This document shows positions 46,152-55,623 of a stretch of 64,000 nucleotides of DNA, in pieces. The notes below the pieces were generated by a model that was not told where the DNA came from, ran no database searches, and saw only the letters and a program-made list of their open reading frames with translations. The stretch's first letter is position 1, and every line of letters starts with the position of its first letter. Both the position numbers and the translations under genes were made by a program. The stretch comes from Candidatus Saccharimonadota bacterium (GTDB taxonomy: Bacteria; Patescibacteriota; Saccharimonadia; Saccharimonadales; Saccharimonadaceae), in the NCBI GenBank assembly GCA_017531585.1, contig JAFXKT010000002.1, positions 70,203 through 134,202 on the forward strand. Reading direction: 5' to 3'.

Positions 46152-47066
46152 ATGGCAAATAAAGTTATGATTGTCGGCACTGGTAATGTCGGCATGAGCT
46201 TTGGTTATGCACTTGTGCATCAGCGCACAAATGTTAACGAGCTAATTCTTGTAGATATTAATAAGGAAGACGCAGAAGGCGAAGCAATTGATCTTCGTGA
46301 TACTTTGGCTGTCGCTCCAGCTTATCTAAAAGTTCGCGCAGGCGAGTATTCTGATGCTGGCGATTGCGATATTATCGTTATTACTGCGGGTATTCCTCAG
46401 AAACCGGGCGAATCCCGTATGGATCTTCTAAAGAAAAACGCTGCAATCTTCAAAGATATGATTGGCCAAATCATGGAGGCTGGCTTCAATGGTATCTTTG
46501 TTGTCGCAAGTAATCCAATGGATGTTCTAACATATCTAACCTGGCGCTATTCTGGTCTTCCAGCAGAGCATGTAATTGGTTCTGGCACGGTCTTGGATTC
46601 TGCAAGGCTTCGCTATCGTATCGCTCAGCGTTTGCATGTTCATCCAAAAGCCATTCATGCTTACCAGGTCGGCGAACACGGAGATTCTGAATTTGCTCTT
46701 TGGAGCTGCGCAAGTGTTGGTGGTCAGGATGTTCGCGATCTTATCGATGCTCAGGCTCGCGCCGAAATCGAAGATTATGCTAGGAAAGAAGCCTACACAA
46801 TCATCGAGAAGAAGGGTGCTACATATTACGGTATTGGTAGCTGCTTGGCAACAATCGTAAACTGTATCTTGAATGATGAAAATCGCATTTTGCCAGTCAG
46901 TAACTATGACGAATTTAGTGGCACATATAATGGCTTCCCAGCCGTTCTCGGCGCTAATGGTATTGTTCGTCGTATTGGTTTAAGAATCAACGAAGAAGAG
47001 CAAATCAAATTCAATGCAAGCATCCAGGTTCTTAAGGATGCAATCGCAGAAGCTGAACAAGCTTAA
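46152..47066 (+). CDS. ldh: L-lactate dehydrogenase
   Basis: VMIVGTGNVGMSFGYAL NAD-binding fold, ITAGIPQKPGESR (Gln at the substrate-specificity position indicates LDH rather than MDH), GEHGDSE. Confidence 0.9.
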   Translation: MANKVMIVGTGNVGMSFGYALVHQRTNVNELILVDINKEDAEGEAIDLRDTLAVAPAYLKVRAGEYSDAGDCDIIVITAGIPQKPGESRMDLLKKNAAIFKDMIGQIMEAGFNGIFVVASNPMDVLTYLTWRYSGLPAEHVIGSGTVLDSARLRYRIAQRLHVHPKAIHAYQVGEHGDSEFALWSCASVGGQDVRDLIDAQARAEIEDYARKEAYTIIEKKGATYYGIGSCLATIVNCILNDENRILPVSNYDEFSGTYNGFPAVLGANGIVRRIGLRINEEEQIKFNASIQVLKDAIAEAEQA

Positions 47067-47083
47067 CAAATAAGAGATGCCCT

Positions 47084-47114
47084 AAAAAGAGGAGTGTAAT
47101 AACTCCTCTTTTTT
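47084..47114 (+). terminator. Intrinsic terminator of ldh
   Basis: AAGAGGAGT-GTAATA-ACTCCTCTT followed by TTTT. Confidence 0.85.
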
Positions 47115-47148
47115 GCTTATGTCTATAATTTGAAAAAATAGCAAAAAA

Positions 47149-47157
47149 TGATATAAT
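47149..47157 (+). promoter_or_regulatory. Extended -10 promoter (TGATATAAT) 6 nt upstream of ATG 47164
   Basis: TGATATAAT-ATAGGA-ATG. Confidence 0.55.
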
Positions 47158-47163
47158 ATAGGA

Positions 47164-47952
47164 ATGAACTTATTTATATTAATATTAAGCTCTCTAGTAT
47201 TCGTAGAGACTAGTGCTTTGTGTGCTAAGAGTTTCTCGAAGAAAGAGTTAAAATTCGGCAAGAATGAGCGCCGCAAGATATTTGTAGATACTTCTACGCT
47301 CATGGATGGTCGTATCTTGTCGTTTGCGAGAACGGGTTTCCTTGGTGATGAAATCCTTATTACGCGTAGTGTGGTAAGAGAATTGCAGCTACTAGCAGAT
47401 GGCTCCGACGCAGACAAAAGAACTCGTGCTAGGTTTGGACTAGACATTGTAAACGAACTCAAGAATCTTGAGAAAATTACAGTAACGATCTATCCGGATG
47501 AACTTGGTCACGTAAAAGTCGATGAGAGGCTCCTAGAGCTTGCAAAAAGCGAGAAAGCACTTATTATGACTAATGACTACAATCTAATTAAAGTCGCTGG
47601 CACAGAAGGCGTAGAAGCACTAAATATTAACGAACTAGCGCAGAGCCTCCGCAGTGAATATCTTCCAGGAGATAAGATTGACGTTAAGGTTGTTGGTGTA
47701 GGTAGTAATCCTCATCAAGGCGTAGCTTATCTATCCGACGGTACGATGGTTGTAATCGATGGCGCAGATAAGCTTGCTGGCAAGAATGAAACTACTCGTG
47801 TTGAATTTGTTCGTTACTTGCAGACAAGCGCCGGCAAAATGATGTTCGCTCGCCTAGATAATACTCTAGCTCCAAAACAGAACAAATCTACTGGCAGAAA
47901 GCGCATCACGAAAGATAATAAGAATCGCAAAAACAATAAGAAAATCAAGTAG
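47164..47952 (+). CDS. PIN/TRAM domain protein (YacL-like)
   Basis: N-terminal hydrophobic segment. PIN-like IFVDTSTLMDGRI...VVRELQLLADG...MTNDYNL. C-terminal TRAM-like DKIDVKVVGVGSNPHQGVAYLSDGTMVVIDGA. Confidence 0.75.
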   Translation: MNLFILILSSLVFVETSALCAKSFSKKELKFGKNERRKIFVDTSTLMDGRILSFARTGFLGDEILITRSVVRELQLLADGSDADKRTRARFGLDIVNELKNLEKITVTIYPDELGHVKVDERLLELAKSEKALIMTNDYNLIKVAGTEGVEALNINELAQSLRSEYLPGDKIDVKVVGVGSNPHQGVAYLSDGTMVVIDGADKLAGKNETTRVEFVRYLQTSAGKMMFARLDNTLAPKQNKSTGRKRITKDNKNRKNNKKIK

Positions 47953-47954
47953 TA

Positions 47955-47985
47955 AAAAACCTCGGTTTAAGGACCGAGGTTTTTG
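47955..47985. terminator. Bidirectional intrinsic terminator between convergent genes
   Basis: AAAAACCTCGGT-TTAAGG-ACCGAGGTTTTT. Confidence 0.85.
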
Positions 47986-47991
47986 AGGAAA

Positions 47992-48492
47992 CTAAAACGT
48001 CTCATCGACATATTCTTGAAATGAGTCATAGATACTGCCTTTGAGAACGCCCAATACATTTAGGTTTTCTAGTAAACTTTTGGCGAAAAACTTGCATTGA
48101 CTAGCTTTTAGATAGAGCTCTATTAATTCGAGCTTATAAGAGTTGCTATAAGCGATACACTTAAAGAGAAACTCATCTATATCTTTGTCGACATTTTCTA
48201 ATCTTTCGGGGCGATCGAAGCTGGATTCGTCTATCTTTTTGTCGTCAAGGAAAAGATCTCTACCTATTAGCTTGTACTTGTGAAAAATGGGCCTTTGTCT
48301 GTTGAATGCTTTCAGGCAAAACGGTCGCAACATTTCTATAAAAGTTGCCACTGCTGTGGCCTTCCTCCCGCCCCAATAAGTCCAGGCCGGAGAGTCGGCG
48401 AGTCGGAGTGCCGATGGATCTTTGCTTGATTCTAGTTCAACGATTGTTTCGCTTGCGCTTTTCACCATTTCGTCAAATTTCATATTTCCCAT
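47992..48492 (-). CDS. Hypothetical protein
   Basis: 166-aa ORF with SD AAGAGGTG and upstream TTGACA (reverse complement of 48579-48584). No family recognised. Confidence 0.55.
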   Translation of the reverse strand: MGNMKFDEMVKSASETIVELESSKDPSALRLADSPAWTYWGGRKATAVATFIEMLRPFCLKAFNRQRPIFHKYKLIGRDLFLDDKKIDESSFDRPERLENVDKDIDEFLFKCIAYSNSYKLELIELYLKASQCKFFAKSLLENLNVLGVLKGSIYDSFQEYVDETF

Positions 48493-48602
48493 TAAAGAAC
48501 ACCTCTTTTGCGCTTGCGCGCGAAAATCTCACGCAACTAATGCATGGCAGGTATAATTACAGCATAAACGTATCAATTTGTCAAGAGCAGGGGATTGCTG
48601 AC

Positions 48603-48634
48603 AAAAAATATCCACCGTTTTCCGGTGGATATTT
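48603..48634 (-). terminator. Intrinsic terminator of the PBP gene
   Basis: Minus strand AAAATATCCACCG-GAAAA-CGGTGGATATTTTTT. Confidence 0.85.
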
Positions 48635-48637
48635 TGT

Positions 48638-51385
48638 CTATTCGTTATAGGTTGTACTTTCAGTTGCGGTATAGCCTGCGCTATCTGTAACTGTGACTGT
48701 AATCTTGCCTGGTTTAGACTTTGCTTTTGCTGAGGCACTACCAGATGCGATTGAACCGCTAGCTAGGGTTTGGCCATCAACTTCGATTGTATAGTTTTCT
48801 AGGCTATGAGTACCTTTCCCGGCGGAAATCTTAATTGTGTATCCTGAGCTATTATCCACGACGATCGAGTTGATTGTAGGTTTTGCGTCGCTACAAGAGT
48901 GAACGTCGTCTTCTGCTTCTGGGTCGTAACCGTCGGCGGATAAGGCATCTTTCTTCGTCATAGGATCGTAAGTCTTTGTGACTTCGACATCTACGCGAGT
49001 TTCGGCAGGAGTACAATCAGTTGCTTTCTTCTTGCTGATTCTATCGAATGCCATAGTTTCTTTGGAGATACCAGACTTCTTGCTGTTATACCAGCTTGGC
49101 CAGATATCTGTCTTACCGCCAACTGTGAGGGTTTGTAGACCTTCTGGCTGGACGAATTGCTGACCAGGGGTCCATTTGCCATCTACTGCGTAAACTTCAT
49201 CGTGGACACGGTCTTGATATGCTGCGTTAATTCTGAAACATGCATCGTGCGAGTCTGTTGCGAGCGGAGAACCATCATGGTTTCCGTTCCAAATTGCAGT
49301 TGCGAGTACTGGAGATGCGGACATTGTCCAGGAGTCCTTTGCAGAACCCATACCGTTTTCTGTAGTACCAGTCTTTACGGCATATGGAGTGTGTTCGCTA
49401 TAGAAACCGGCCTGTGCTGCCCAACCATAGCCCCAAAGGGAAGCGCGAGCTTCAAGCTTTGTGAGGATATCGATTGTCATGTAAGCGACCTGTGGATCAA
49501 CGATACGTTCACCTTCGGTATCGGTCCAAGATTCAATAACGTCACCATCGGAGTTCTTAACTTCTAGGACATATGCAATGTCTTTATATGTACCACCGCG
49601 AGCAAGTGTTGCGTATGCGTTTGCATGTTCGACTGGACGTACGGAACAGCCACCACCGATAGCCATAGATAGACCAGCGGTTTCGCCGTTAGCGCAGTAG
49701 GACTTATCGCCAAGCTTGTGTGCAATTTCTAGGCTGTTTTCGATGCCATTTATATATAGAGCTTTAACAGCAGGAATGTTCTGAGATGTAGATAGAGCCT
49801 GGCGAATTGTAATGTTGCCATAGTATCTATCTGTAGAGTTTGCAAGGTGGCAGCGACCATAAGTACCAGCACAGTAAATAGAGTCGATGTTTTCATCCTT
49901 TAGGACTGAGCCTGGGCCATAGTTCACGCCATCGCGCTCCATAAATAGTGGCGTGTAGTCCAAGATTGGCTTAATAGAAGAACCCGGCTCAAGTAGTGAC
50001 GTTGCGGCATTGAGCTGACCGTAACCTTCGCGGTTCCAGTCTACGCTACCAACCATTGCGATAACCTGAGATGTTTCGACGTCAACGGAAACTAGGGTTG
50101 CGTTGTCTGAACCGTTTCTATAGAAGATTTCGGCGCCAGCAGCAACAGCATCTTCTGCGATTTGCTGAGCGCGTAGATCGATAGTGGTCTTGATTGTGAA
50201 GCCACCTTCGCGCATAACCTTTAGGCCATAGCGAGATTCAAGTTCGGCCTTAGCTTCAAGGACTGCCCATGGGGCCTTGATATTTTCGTACTGACTCTGT
50301 TCTGGCTGAACGCGTGCAAGAACATCAACGGCCATAGCTTCATCGGCCTGTTCTCGAGTAATGTAACCCATCTCGACCATAGCATTAAGCGTTTTATGCT
50401 GGCGAGCAATCAAAGCCTCATTACCATCAATATTGTATGGATTATATAGGCCTGGGTTGTTTGGAATAGAAGCAAGAAGGGCGGACTCTGCGAGATCAAG
50501 ATCTTTAGCGCTCTTCTTGAAATATGTCTGTGCGGCACTTTCTACACCGTTACGGCGACCACCATATGGTGACTCGTTAAGGTATAGAGTAATAATCTGC
50601 TCTTTGTCGTACATCTTTTCTACTTCGATAGAAAGGATCATTTCCTTAATCTTACGAGGGATACCAGACATTGAGCGGTCTTTTGCTTCTTCAGAGAAAT
50701 AGACCTGCTTGATAAGCTGCTGTGTCAAAGTAGAACCACCCTGAACGGCGCCACCGCCAAGGGTAACCCATGCCGCGCGAACGAGCGCCATGAAATCTAC
50801 GCCTGGGTGATTATAGAAGTTCTTGTCCTCGATAGCGACCGTAGCTTGACGCATATAGGTAGAAATGTCTTCGCCATCAACTACCAAACGATAATCGCCA
50901 GAACCTTTGTCTTCCCAAAGTAGCTGGCCATTGCGATCGAGATAAGTATTAACCGTGTTTTGAACGCGATTAGCAAGTTCTTCTGGGTTAATTTCTTTAA
51001 GATCCTTCTTGTAATAAAGGAATAGGCCGCCGATACCAATAATCATAATAAGCACAAGCGCCAAAAAGACCTTCAAAATACGAAGCTGACCCTTCTTGGA
51101 AAACCACGCCTTGAAGAAACGATCCGGACGTAGCTTTGCAAAGAAACGCAAAATTGGATTTTTTGGTAGCTTAGCCTCATCTTCGGCGCGCTTGCGGGCC
51201 TTCTGGTCCTGTTTGACGCGACGCTTGTAGGCTAGGTTTGAATATAGTGAAATGTTGCCACTTTTCTTCTTCTTGGAGGAGCTTTTTTCACTCTTCTTTG
51301 GAAGTTTGCTCAAAAGATTTTTGGCTGAAGCACCAAAATCTTTCTTCGTGGCAGATTTTTTACTCGCAGTTTTATTATTTGCCAT
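48638..51385 (-). CDS. Bifunctional class A penicillin-binding protein (PBP1A-type glycosyltransferase/transpeptidase) with C-terminal Ig-like extension
   Basis: GT51 motifs EDKNFYNHPGVD and GGSTLTQQ. Transpeptidase SSIKP (SxxK) and KTGTT. N-terminal basic tail followed by a TM. The GTG 51400 start in the ORF track lies inside GTGTATAAT; ATG 51385 is 6 nt downstream of that box. Confidence 0.9.
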   Translation of the reverse strand: MANNKTASKKSATKKDFGASAKNLLSKLPKKSEKSSSKKKKSGNISLYSNLAYKRRVKQDQKARKRAEDEAKLPKNPILRFFAKLRPDRFFKAWFSKKGQLRILKVFLALVLIMIIGIGGLFLYYKKDLKEINPEELANRVQNTVNTYLDRNGQLLWEDKGSGDYRLVVDGEDISTYMRQATVAIEDKNFYNHPGVDFMALVRAAWVTLGGGAVQGGSTLTQQLIKQVYFSEEAKDRSMSGIPRKIKEMILSIEVEKMYDKEQIITLYLNESPYGGRRNGVESAAQTYFKKSAKDLDLAESALLASIPNNPGLYNPYNIDGNEALIARQHKTLNAMVEMGYITREQADEAMAVDVLARVQPEQSQYENIKAPWAVLEAKAELESRYGLKVMREGGFTIKTTIDLRAQQIAEDAVAAGAEIFYRNGSDNATLVSVDVETSQVIAMVGSVDWNREGYGQLNAATSLLEPGSSIKPILDYTPLFMERDGVNYGPGSVLKDENIDSIYCAGTYGRCHLANSTDRYYGNITIRQALSTSQNIPAVKALYINGIENSLEIAHKLGDKSYCANGETAGLSMAIGGGCSVRPVEHANAYATLARGGTYKDIAYVLEVKNSDGDVIESWTDTEGERIVDPQVAYMTIDILTKLEARASLWGYGWAAQAGFYSEHTPYAVKTGTTENGMGSAKDSWTMSASPVLATAIWNGNHDGSPLATDSHDACFRINAAYQDRVHDEVYAVDGKWTPGQQFVQPEGLQTLTVGGKTDIWPSWYNSKKSGISKETMAFDRISKKKATDCTPAETRVDVEVTKTYDPMTKKDALSADGYDPEAEDDVHSCSDAKPTINSIVVDNSSGYTIKISAGKGTHSLENYTIEVDGQTLASGSIASGSASAKAKSKPGKITVTVTDSAGYTATESTTYNE

Positions 51386-51391
51386 TACTTT

Positions 51392-51399
51392 ATTATACA
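51392..51399 (-). promoter_or_regulatory. -10 promoter (GTGTATAAT) 6 nt upstream of PBP ATG 51385
   Basis: Reverse complement GTGTATAAT-AAAGTA-ATG. The same nonamer precedes the class B sortase gene. Confidence 0.5.
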
Positions 51400-51470
51400 C
51401 TATTATGCTTATATTGTATTAACTTTAGCATTTTACACCCCTAAGATTATAGGGTAAAATATATAGCATT

Positions 51471-53861
51471 ATGAGTCATTATGAGCCGTTAAAAATCGAA
51501 GAAAAGTGGCAGGCGATTTGGGAAAAAGAAAAGCCATTCGCTGCCAAGGACGATGATAAGCGTCCAAAAAAGTTTGTCGCGGAAATGTTTCCGTATCCAT
51601 CAGGTGCTGGCCTTCATGTTGGTCACGTACGTAATTTTTCAATCGTAGACTGCGTAGCACGCTTCTATGCTCAAAATGATTTTAATGTCCTTCGTCCATT
51701 CGGCTATGATACTTTCGGTCTCCCAGCAGAGAATTACGCAATCAAAACTGGCACCGCTCCTCAGGATGTTACTCTTGTAAACATCGAAAACTTCCGCAAG
51801 CAAGCAAAGCGCCTAGGCTATGCTATTGACTGGTCTCGCGAAATTAATACTTCTGATCCTAAATATTATAAATGGACTCAGTGGTGCTTCTTGCAGCTCT
51901 TTAAGAAAGGCCTTGCTTATCAGGCAGAGAGCTATCAGTGGTGGTGTCCAGTAGATCAGACTGTTCTTGCTAACGAACAGGTTGAGAACGGTCATTGCTG
52001 GCGCTGCGGCTGCGAAGTTGAAAAGAAGAAGATGAAGCAGTGGTTCTTCAAGATTACTGCCTATGCAGATGAGCTTCTTGACGAAATCGATTCTCTCGAC
52101 TGGCCAGATAAAATCAAGACCATGCAGAAGAACTGGATTGGTCGCAGTGAAGGCGCTGAAGTTAAGTTCAAGATCAAAGACAGTAAAGAAGAAATTACGG
52201 TCTTCACGACTCGTCCAGATACTCTTTACGGCGCAACCTTCATGGTTCTTGCTCCAGAACATCCAATGATTTCAAAGATTATGACAGAGGATGTCCGCAA
52301 GAAGGTTAAGCAGTACTGCGATGACGCTATTAAGAAGAGCGAAATCGAACGTCAGGAAAACAAGGAAAAGACAGGTGTCTTTACTGGAGCTTATGCGATC
52401 AATCCTTTGACAAAGAAAGAAATTCCAATTTGGGTTTCGGATTATGTCCTTATGGGTTATGGTACAGGCGCAATCATGGCCGTTCCTGCCCATGACGAAC
52501 GCGACTTTGCTTTTGCAGAGAAGTTCGATCTTCCAATCGTAAAAGTTATTGAAAAACCAGAAGATTCCGATGATGACTCTAAGTGTTACCATGACGAAGG
52601 TACGCTCGTAAACTCCGAATCCTTCAACGGCATGAACAGTGCCGAGGCTCGCGAAAAGATTGTCGAATGGCTCGAAAAAGAAAAGATTGGCCAGAAGAAG
52701 GTTACTTATCGTATGCGCGACTGGCTCATTTCTCGCCAGCGCTACTGGGGCTGCCCAATTCCTATCGCTTATGACAAGAATGGTAATCCTCATGCAATTC
52801 CAGAAGATCAGCTTCCTGTCATGCTTCCAAAGGTTGACGATTATAAGCCGGACAAATCTGGTCGCAGCGCACTCGCGAAGTGTGAAGATTTCTTGAAAGT
52901 TACGATTGATGGCGAGGAAATGACTCGCGAAACTGATACGCTTGATGGTTACGCATGTTCTAGCTGGTACCTCTGGCGCTATACTGATCCTCATAATGAT
53001 AAAGAAGCTTGGGGTAAGGACAAGGTAAACTACTGGGCTCCAACCGATGTTTATGTCGGTGCAGACCATGCTGTCGCTCACTTGCTCTATGTACGCTTCT
53101 GGTGCAAGTTCTTTGCTGACGAAGGCTATCTAAGCTTCCGTGAGCCAGTCAAGAAGTTGCTATACAACGGCTATATTAATGCTCCTGATGGTAAGAAGAT
53201 GAGCAAGTCCAAGGGTAATGTCATTGACCCGCTTGATGTTATTAATCAGGGTTACGGTGCGGACACTCTACGTACTTACGAGCTCTTTATTGGCCCATAC
53301 GATCAGAAGGCAAACTGGAATACTAGCGCAATCGGCGGCGTTTATCGCTTCTTGAATCGCTGCTGGAGTCTTGCCTTTGAGGCTAAGTACAACAAGGAAG
53401 ACAAGAATAAGGTCATCCGCAACCGCACTATCAAGAAAGTTACGGATTACATGTATAGTAATGGCTACAACACGGCTGTCGCTGCCATGATGGAATTTGT
53501 AAACGAATTGTACAAGGAAGGCGCAAAGAAGGAAGACGTCGACGTACTTGCTCGTATGCTCAAGCCATTTGCTCCGCACCTTGCTTGCGAAATGCTCGAA
53601 AAGCTAGGCGCTAAAGATGATTTGTGGCCAAGCTATGACGAATCCGCACTTGTTGCCGATGAAGTCGAGGTGGTAGTTCAGGTTAACGGTAAGCTTCGCG
53701 CTCGCGTAAATGTCCCAGCAGAAGATGCTGAAGATAAAGAAAAGCTAGAAGCCGCTGCAAAGTCCGACGAAAAGATTAAGCAGATCCTAAGCGACCATCC
53801 AGAAATTAAGACGATCGTAATTCCACGAACTCATCTTGTAAACATTGTTGTAAAACAGTAA
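51471..53861 (+). CDS. leuS: Leucyl-tRNA synthetase
   Basis: HIGH motif (GLHVGHVRN), KMSKS (KMSKSKGN), CP1 editing domain. 796 aa. Confidence 0.95.
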   Translation: MSHYEPLKIEEKWQAIWEKEKPFAAKDDDKRPKKFVAEMFPYPSGAGLHVGHVRNFSIVDCVARFYAQNDFNVLRPFGYDTFGLPAENYAIKTGTAPQDVTLVNIENFRKQAKRLGYAIDWSREINTSDPKYYKWTQWCFLQLFKKGLAYQAESYQWWCPVDQTVLANEQVENGHCWRCGCEVEKKKMKQWFFKITAYADELLDEIDSLDWPDKIKTMQKNWIGRSEGAEVKFKIKDSKEEITVFTTRPDTLYGATFMVLAPEHPMISKIMTEDVRKKVKQYCDDAIKKSEIERQENKEKTGVFTGAYAINPLTKKEIPIWVSDYVLMGYGTGAIMAVPAHDERDFAFAEKFDLPIVKVIEKPEDSDDDSKCYHDEGTLVNSESFNGMNSAEAREKIVEWLEKEKIGQKKVTYRMRDWLISRQRYWGCPIPIAYDKNGNPHAIPEDQLPVMLPKVDDYKPDKSGRSALAKCEDFLKVTIDGEEMTRETDTLDGYACSSWYLWRYTDPHNDKEAWGKDKVNYWAPTDVYVGADHAVAHLLYVRFWCKFFADEGYLSFREPVKKLLYNGYINAPDGKKMSKSKGNVIDPLDVINQGYGADTLRTYELFIGPYDQKANWNTSAIGGVYRFLNRCWSLAFEAKYNKEDKNKVIRNRTIKKVTDYMYSNGYNTAVAAMMEFVNELYKEGAKKEDVDVLARMLKPFAPHLACEMLEKLGAKDDLWPSYDESALVADEVEVVVQVNGKLRARVNVPAEDAEDKEKLEAAAKSDEKIKQILSDHPEIKTIVIPRTHLVNIVVKQ

Positions 53862-53864
53862 CAG

Positions 53865-53896
53865 AAAAGCCACCGAATTGACCGGTGGCTTTTTGT
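53865..53896. terminator. Bidirectional intrinsic terminator (leuS / sortase B convergent pair)
   Basis: AAAAGCCACCG-AATTGA-CCGGTGGCTTTTT. Confidence 0.85.
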
Positions 53897-53907
53897 TGAA
53901 AGCGATT

Positions 53908-54735
53908 TTAATATCTTGGCGCGCGCTTGATAAGTTTTGCGTGTAGAACCATGCGTTCTGTATCGCTATAGCAAGTAGAAAGCGTAAGAATATGATCGCT
54001 GCTGCTTACGGTAGTTTGGAAATCGTGCGAGCTACGAGCCTTAAGCATGTTTACAAAGTTTTGGAAATCTGTATCGTTTGCAAACGAAGTGCGGATATAG
54101 TCCGAAGTGGTTGGTAGATGGTAAGTACTAAAGACCTGCCACATAGACGTCTGCTTGTCGGTGACAGTGCGAACGATGTAATTATCGGAATTGTTTAGCC
54201 AACCATTCGTCTCTGCCGTGCGAAGCGTTCCAAACATTGTGCCGTCATAGCGACCATGCGCATAGATAATAGTATTTCTGTCGGTATTATCTAGTCTTAA
54301 TCTATAATCTGCGAATACCCAACCAGCACTGTTATAGCTTTTGTCTAGCGAATGAGTTAGATAATATTCGTTATCGCTGGTCTGCATGAAAGGATAATTA
54401 ATATTCGTGCCGCCAACTTTGATCCAACCGACAACATCTGGGTTGGTCTTGCGTAGCTCGTTCAAATCTACATCGAGAAGGCTCATGTTTAAGAACTTCC
54501 AATAAGGCGATTCTGGTGCGTCGTCCGACTCTATGACCTCGGTGTTTTCGTCGTCTTCGACCTCGGTGACATTGGCTGCTTCGGTAGCTTCTTGAGCTAC
54601 GACCTTTGTGTTCATGGAATCGATTAGCCAAGTAATAATCTTGTATCCAGAATAAAGCACGCCGCCAGCGCAGACGAGGGCAATAACACAGCAGATTCCC
54701 AACTTGACGCGAAACTTCGCCTTTTTTATTCTCAT
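53908..54735 (-). CDS. srtB: Class B sortase
   Basis: NPDVVGWIKVGGTNINYPFMQ, NTIIYAHGR, QVFSTY...DYIRTSF, ILTLSTC. Collinear by eye with S. aureus SrtB (DIVGWIKLSGTSLNYPVLQ...IMTLSTC). N-terminal TM. Confidence 0.85.
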   Translation of the reverse strand: MRIKKAKFRVKLGICCVIALVCAGGVLYSGYKIITWLIDSMNTKVVAQEATEAANVTEVEDDENTEVIESDDAPESPYWKFLNMSLLDVDLNELRKTNPDVVGWIKVGGTNINYPFMQTSDNEYYLTHSLDKSYNSAGWVFADYRLRLDNTDRNTIIYAHGRYDGTMFGTLRTAETNGWLNNSDNYIVRTVTDKQTSMWQVFSTYHLPTTSDYIRTSFANDTDFQNFVNMLKARSSHDFQTTVSSSDHILTLSTCYSDTERMVLHAKLIKRAPRY

Positions 54736-54742
54736 GCTTATT

Positions 54743-54750
54743 ATTATACA
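54743..54750 (-). promoter_or_regulatory. -10 promoter (GTGTATAAT) 7 nt upstream of the sortase B ATG
   Basis: Reverse complement GTGTATAAT-AATAAGC-ATG with no SD. Confidence 0.5.
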
Positions 54751-54879
54751 CTATGTAAGCATATGCAGAACCCGCACAAAAAGCCAAAATATTATAGAGC
54801 TCTCCCTTGATAAAAACATCTAATTATAGTAAAATATATACCAAGTAATCTATTATTAAGGAAAAAGGAGCATTTTTAC

Positions 54880-55089
54880 ATGCCTGAACCAAAAAAGCAA
54901 AGTAGCCCAAGAAAGACTGGTCTACGCCGTAGCCATTTGCGTTTGAAGCTTGCTCGTAGTGTCAACAAGCACTCTCCAGTTAAAGCTTTTGAGACCGCAA
55001 AATCTACACCAAATCTAAAACTAAAAGCCTGCAAAGCTTGTGGCTCTAAGCCATGCGCATGCAAAAAAGAAGCTAAAAAGACAAAATAA
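54880..55089 (+). CDS. rpmF: 50S ribosomal protein L32 with Cys-rich C-terminal extension
   Basis: MPEPKKQSSPRKTGLRRSHLRLK resembles the L32 N-terminus (PKRKTS..R...RR.H). CKACGSKPCAC. SD AAGGAG 9 nt upstream. Confidence 0.7.
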   Translation: MPEPKKQSSPRKTGLRRSHLRLKLARSVNKHSPVKAFETAKSTPNLKLKACKACGSKPCACKKEAKKTK

Positions 55090-55107
55090 AAAGGGAGGTA
55101 ATCTAAA

Positions 55108-55623
55108 GTGGCAAGTAATCGACATCTCGGCCGCATTATCGTGTTGCAGAGTTTATATGAGTGGGAATTCCGAACTAAAGCCGGCGATAAAAACGTCGAT
55201 ATGGATAGTATTGTCGCAAAGAATATCGAACCCTACGCCAAAGCCCTCGGCGACGTCGAATTCGTTCATGACCTCGCTAGGGGTGTTTTAAGTGAGTCCG
55301 AAGCTCTTGATAAAGAGCTCCAGCCTATGGCGCCTGAATGGCCAATCGCTAGCATTTCGTCTGTAGACCGTAATGTGCTTAGGATTGGCCTTTTTGAGCT
55401 TACGCGCCGTGCAAAGCAAGTTCCACCAAAAGTTGCTATTAATGAAGCAGTAGAGCTCGCAAAGGCATTCGGATCGGATAACTCTTCGAAGTTTATCAAC
55501 GGCGTATTGGGTACGGCATATCGTAACATGGGGGGAGAGGAAAAACCGAATGCAGAACCAAAAGAAGCAGCTGAAGCGTCGTCTGAATCAGCAGATTCCA
55601 AGAAAGAATCAGGCGAAGCCTAA
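55108..55623 (+). CDS. nusB: Transcription antitermination factor NusB with acidic C-terminal tail
   Basis: GTG start after [46 protein letters not shown]. About 30 extra acidic C-terminal residues. Confidence 0.85.
   Translation: MASNRHLGRIIVLQSLYEWEFRTKAGDKNVDMDSIVAKNIEPYAKALGDVEFVHDLARGVLSESEALDKELQPMAPEWPIASISSVDRNVLRIGLFELTRRAKQVPPKVAINEAVELAKAFGSDNSSKFINGVLGTAYRNMGGEEKPNAEPKEAAEASSESADSKKESGEA

Noticed and set aside
52272-53081. 269-aa minus-strand ORF, and similar long antisense ORFs (25239-25820, 33801-34196, 26109-26546, 51813-52262, 37833-38240)
   Set aside because: All lie entirely inside strongly supported genes (leuS, radA, pnp, ftsK) on the opposite strand. Their composition is R/C/N/I-rich and low in complexity. 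They are typical shadow ORFs.
54398-54787. 129-aa minus-strand ORF overlapping the 5' part of the sortase B gene in another frame
   Set aside because: The translation is Arg-rich and implausible, and it overlaps a gene with clear family motifs and the promoter region.
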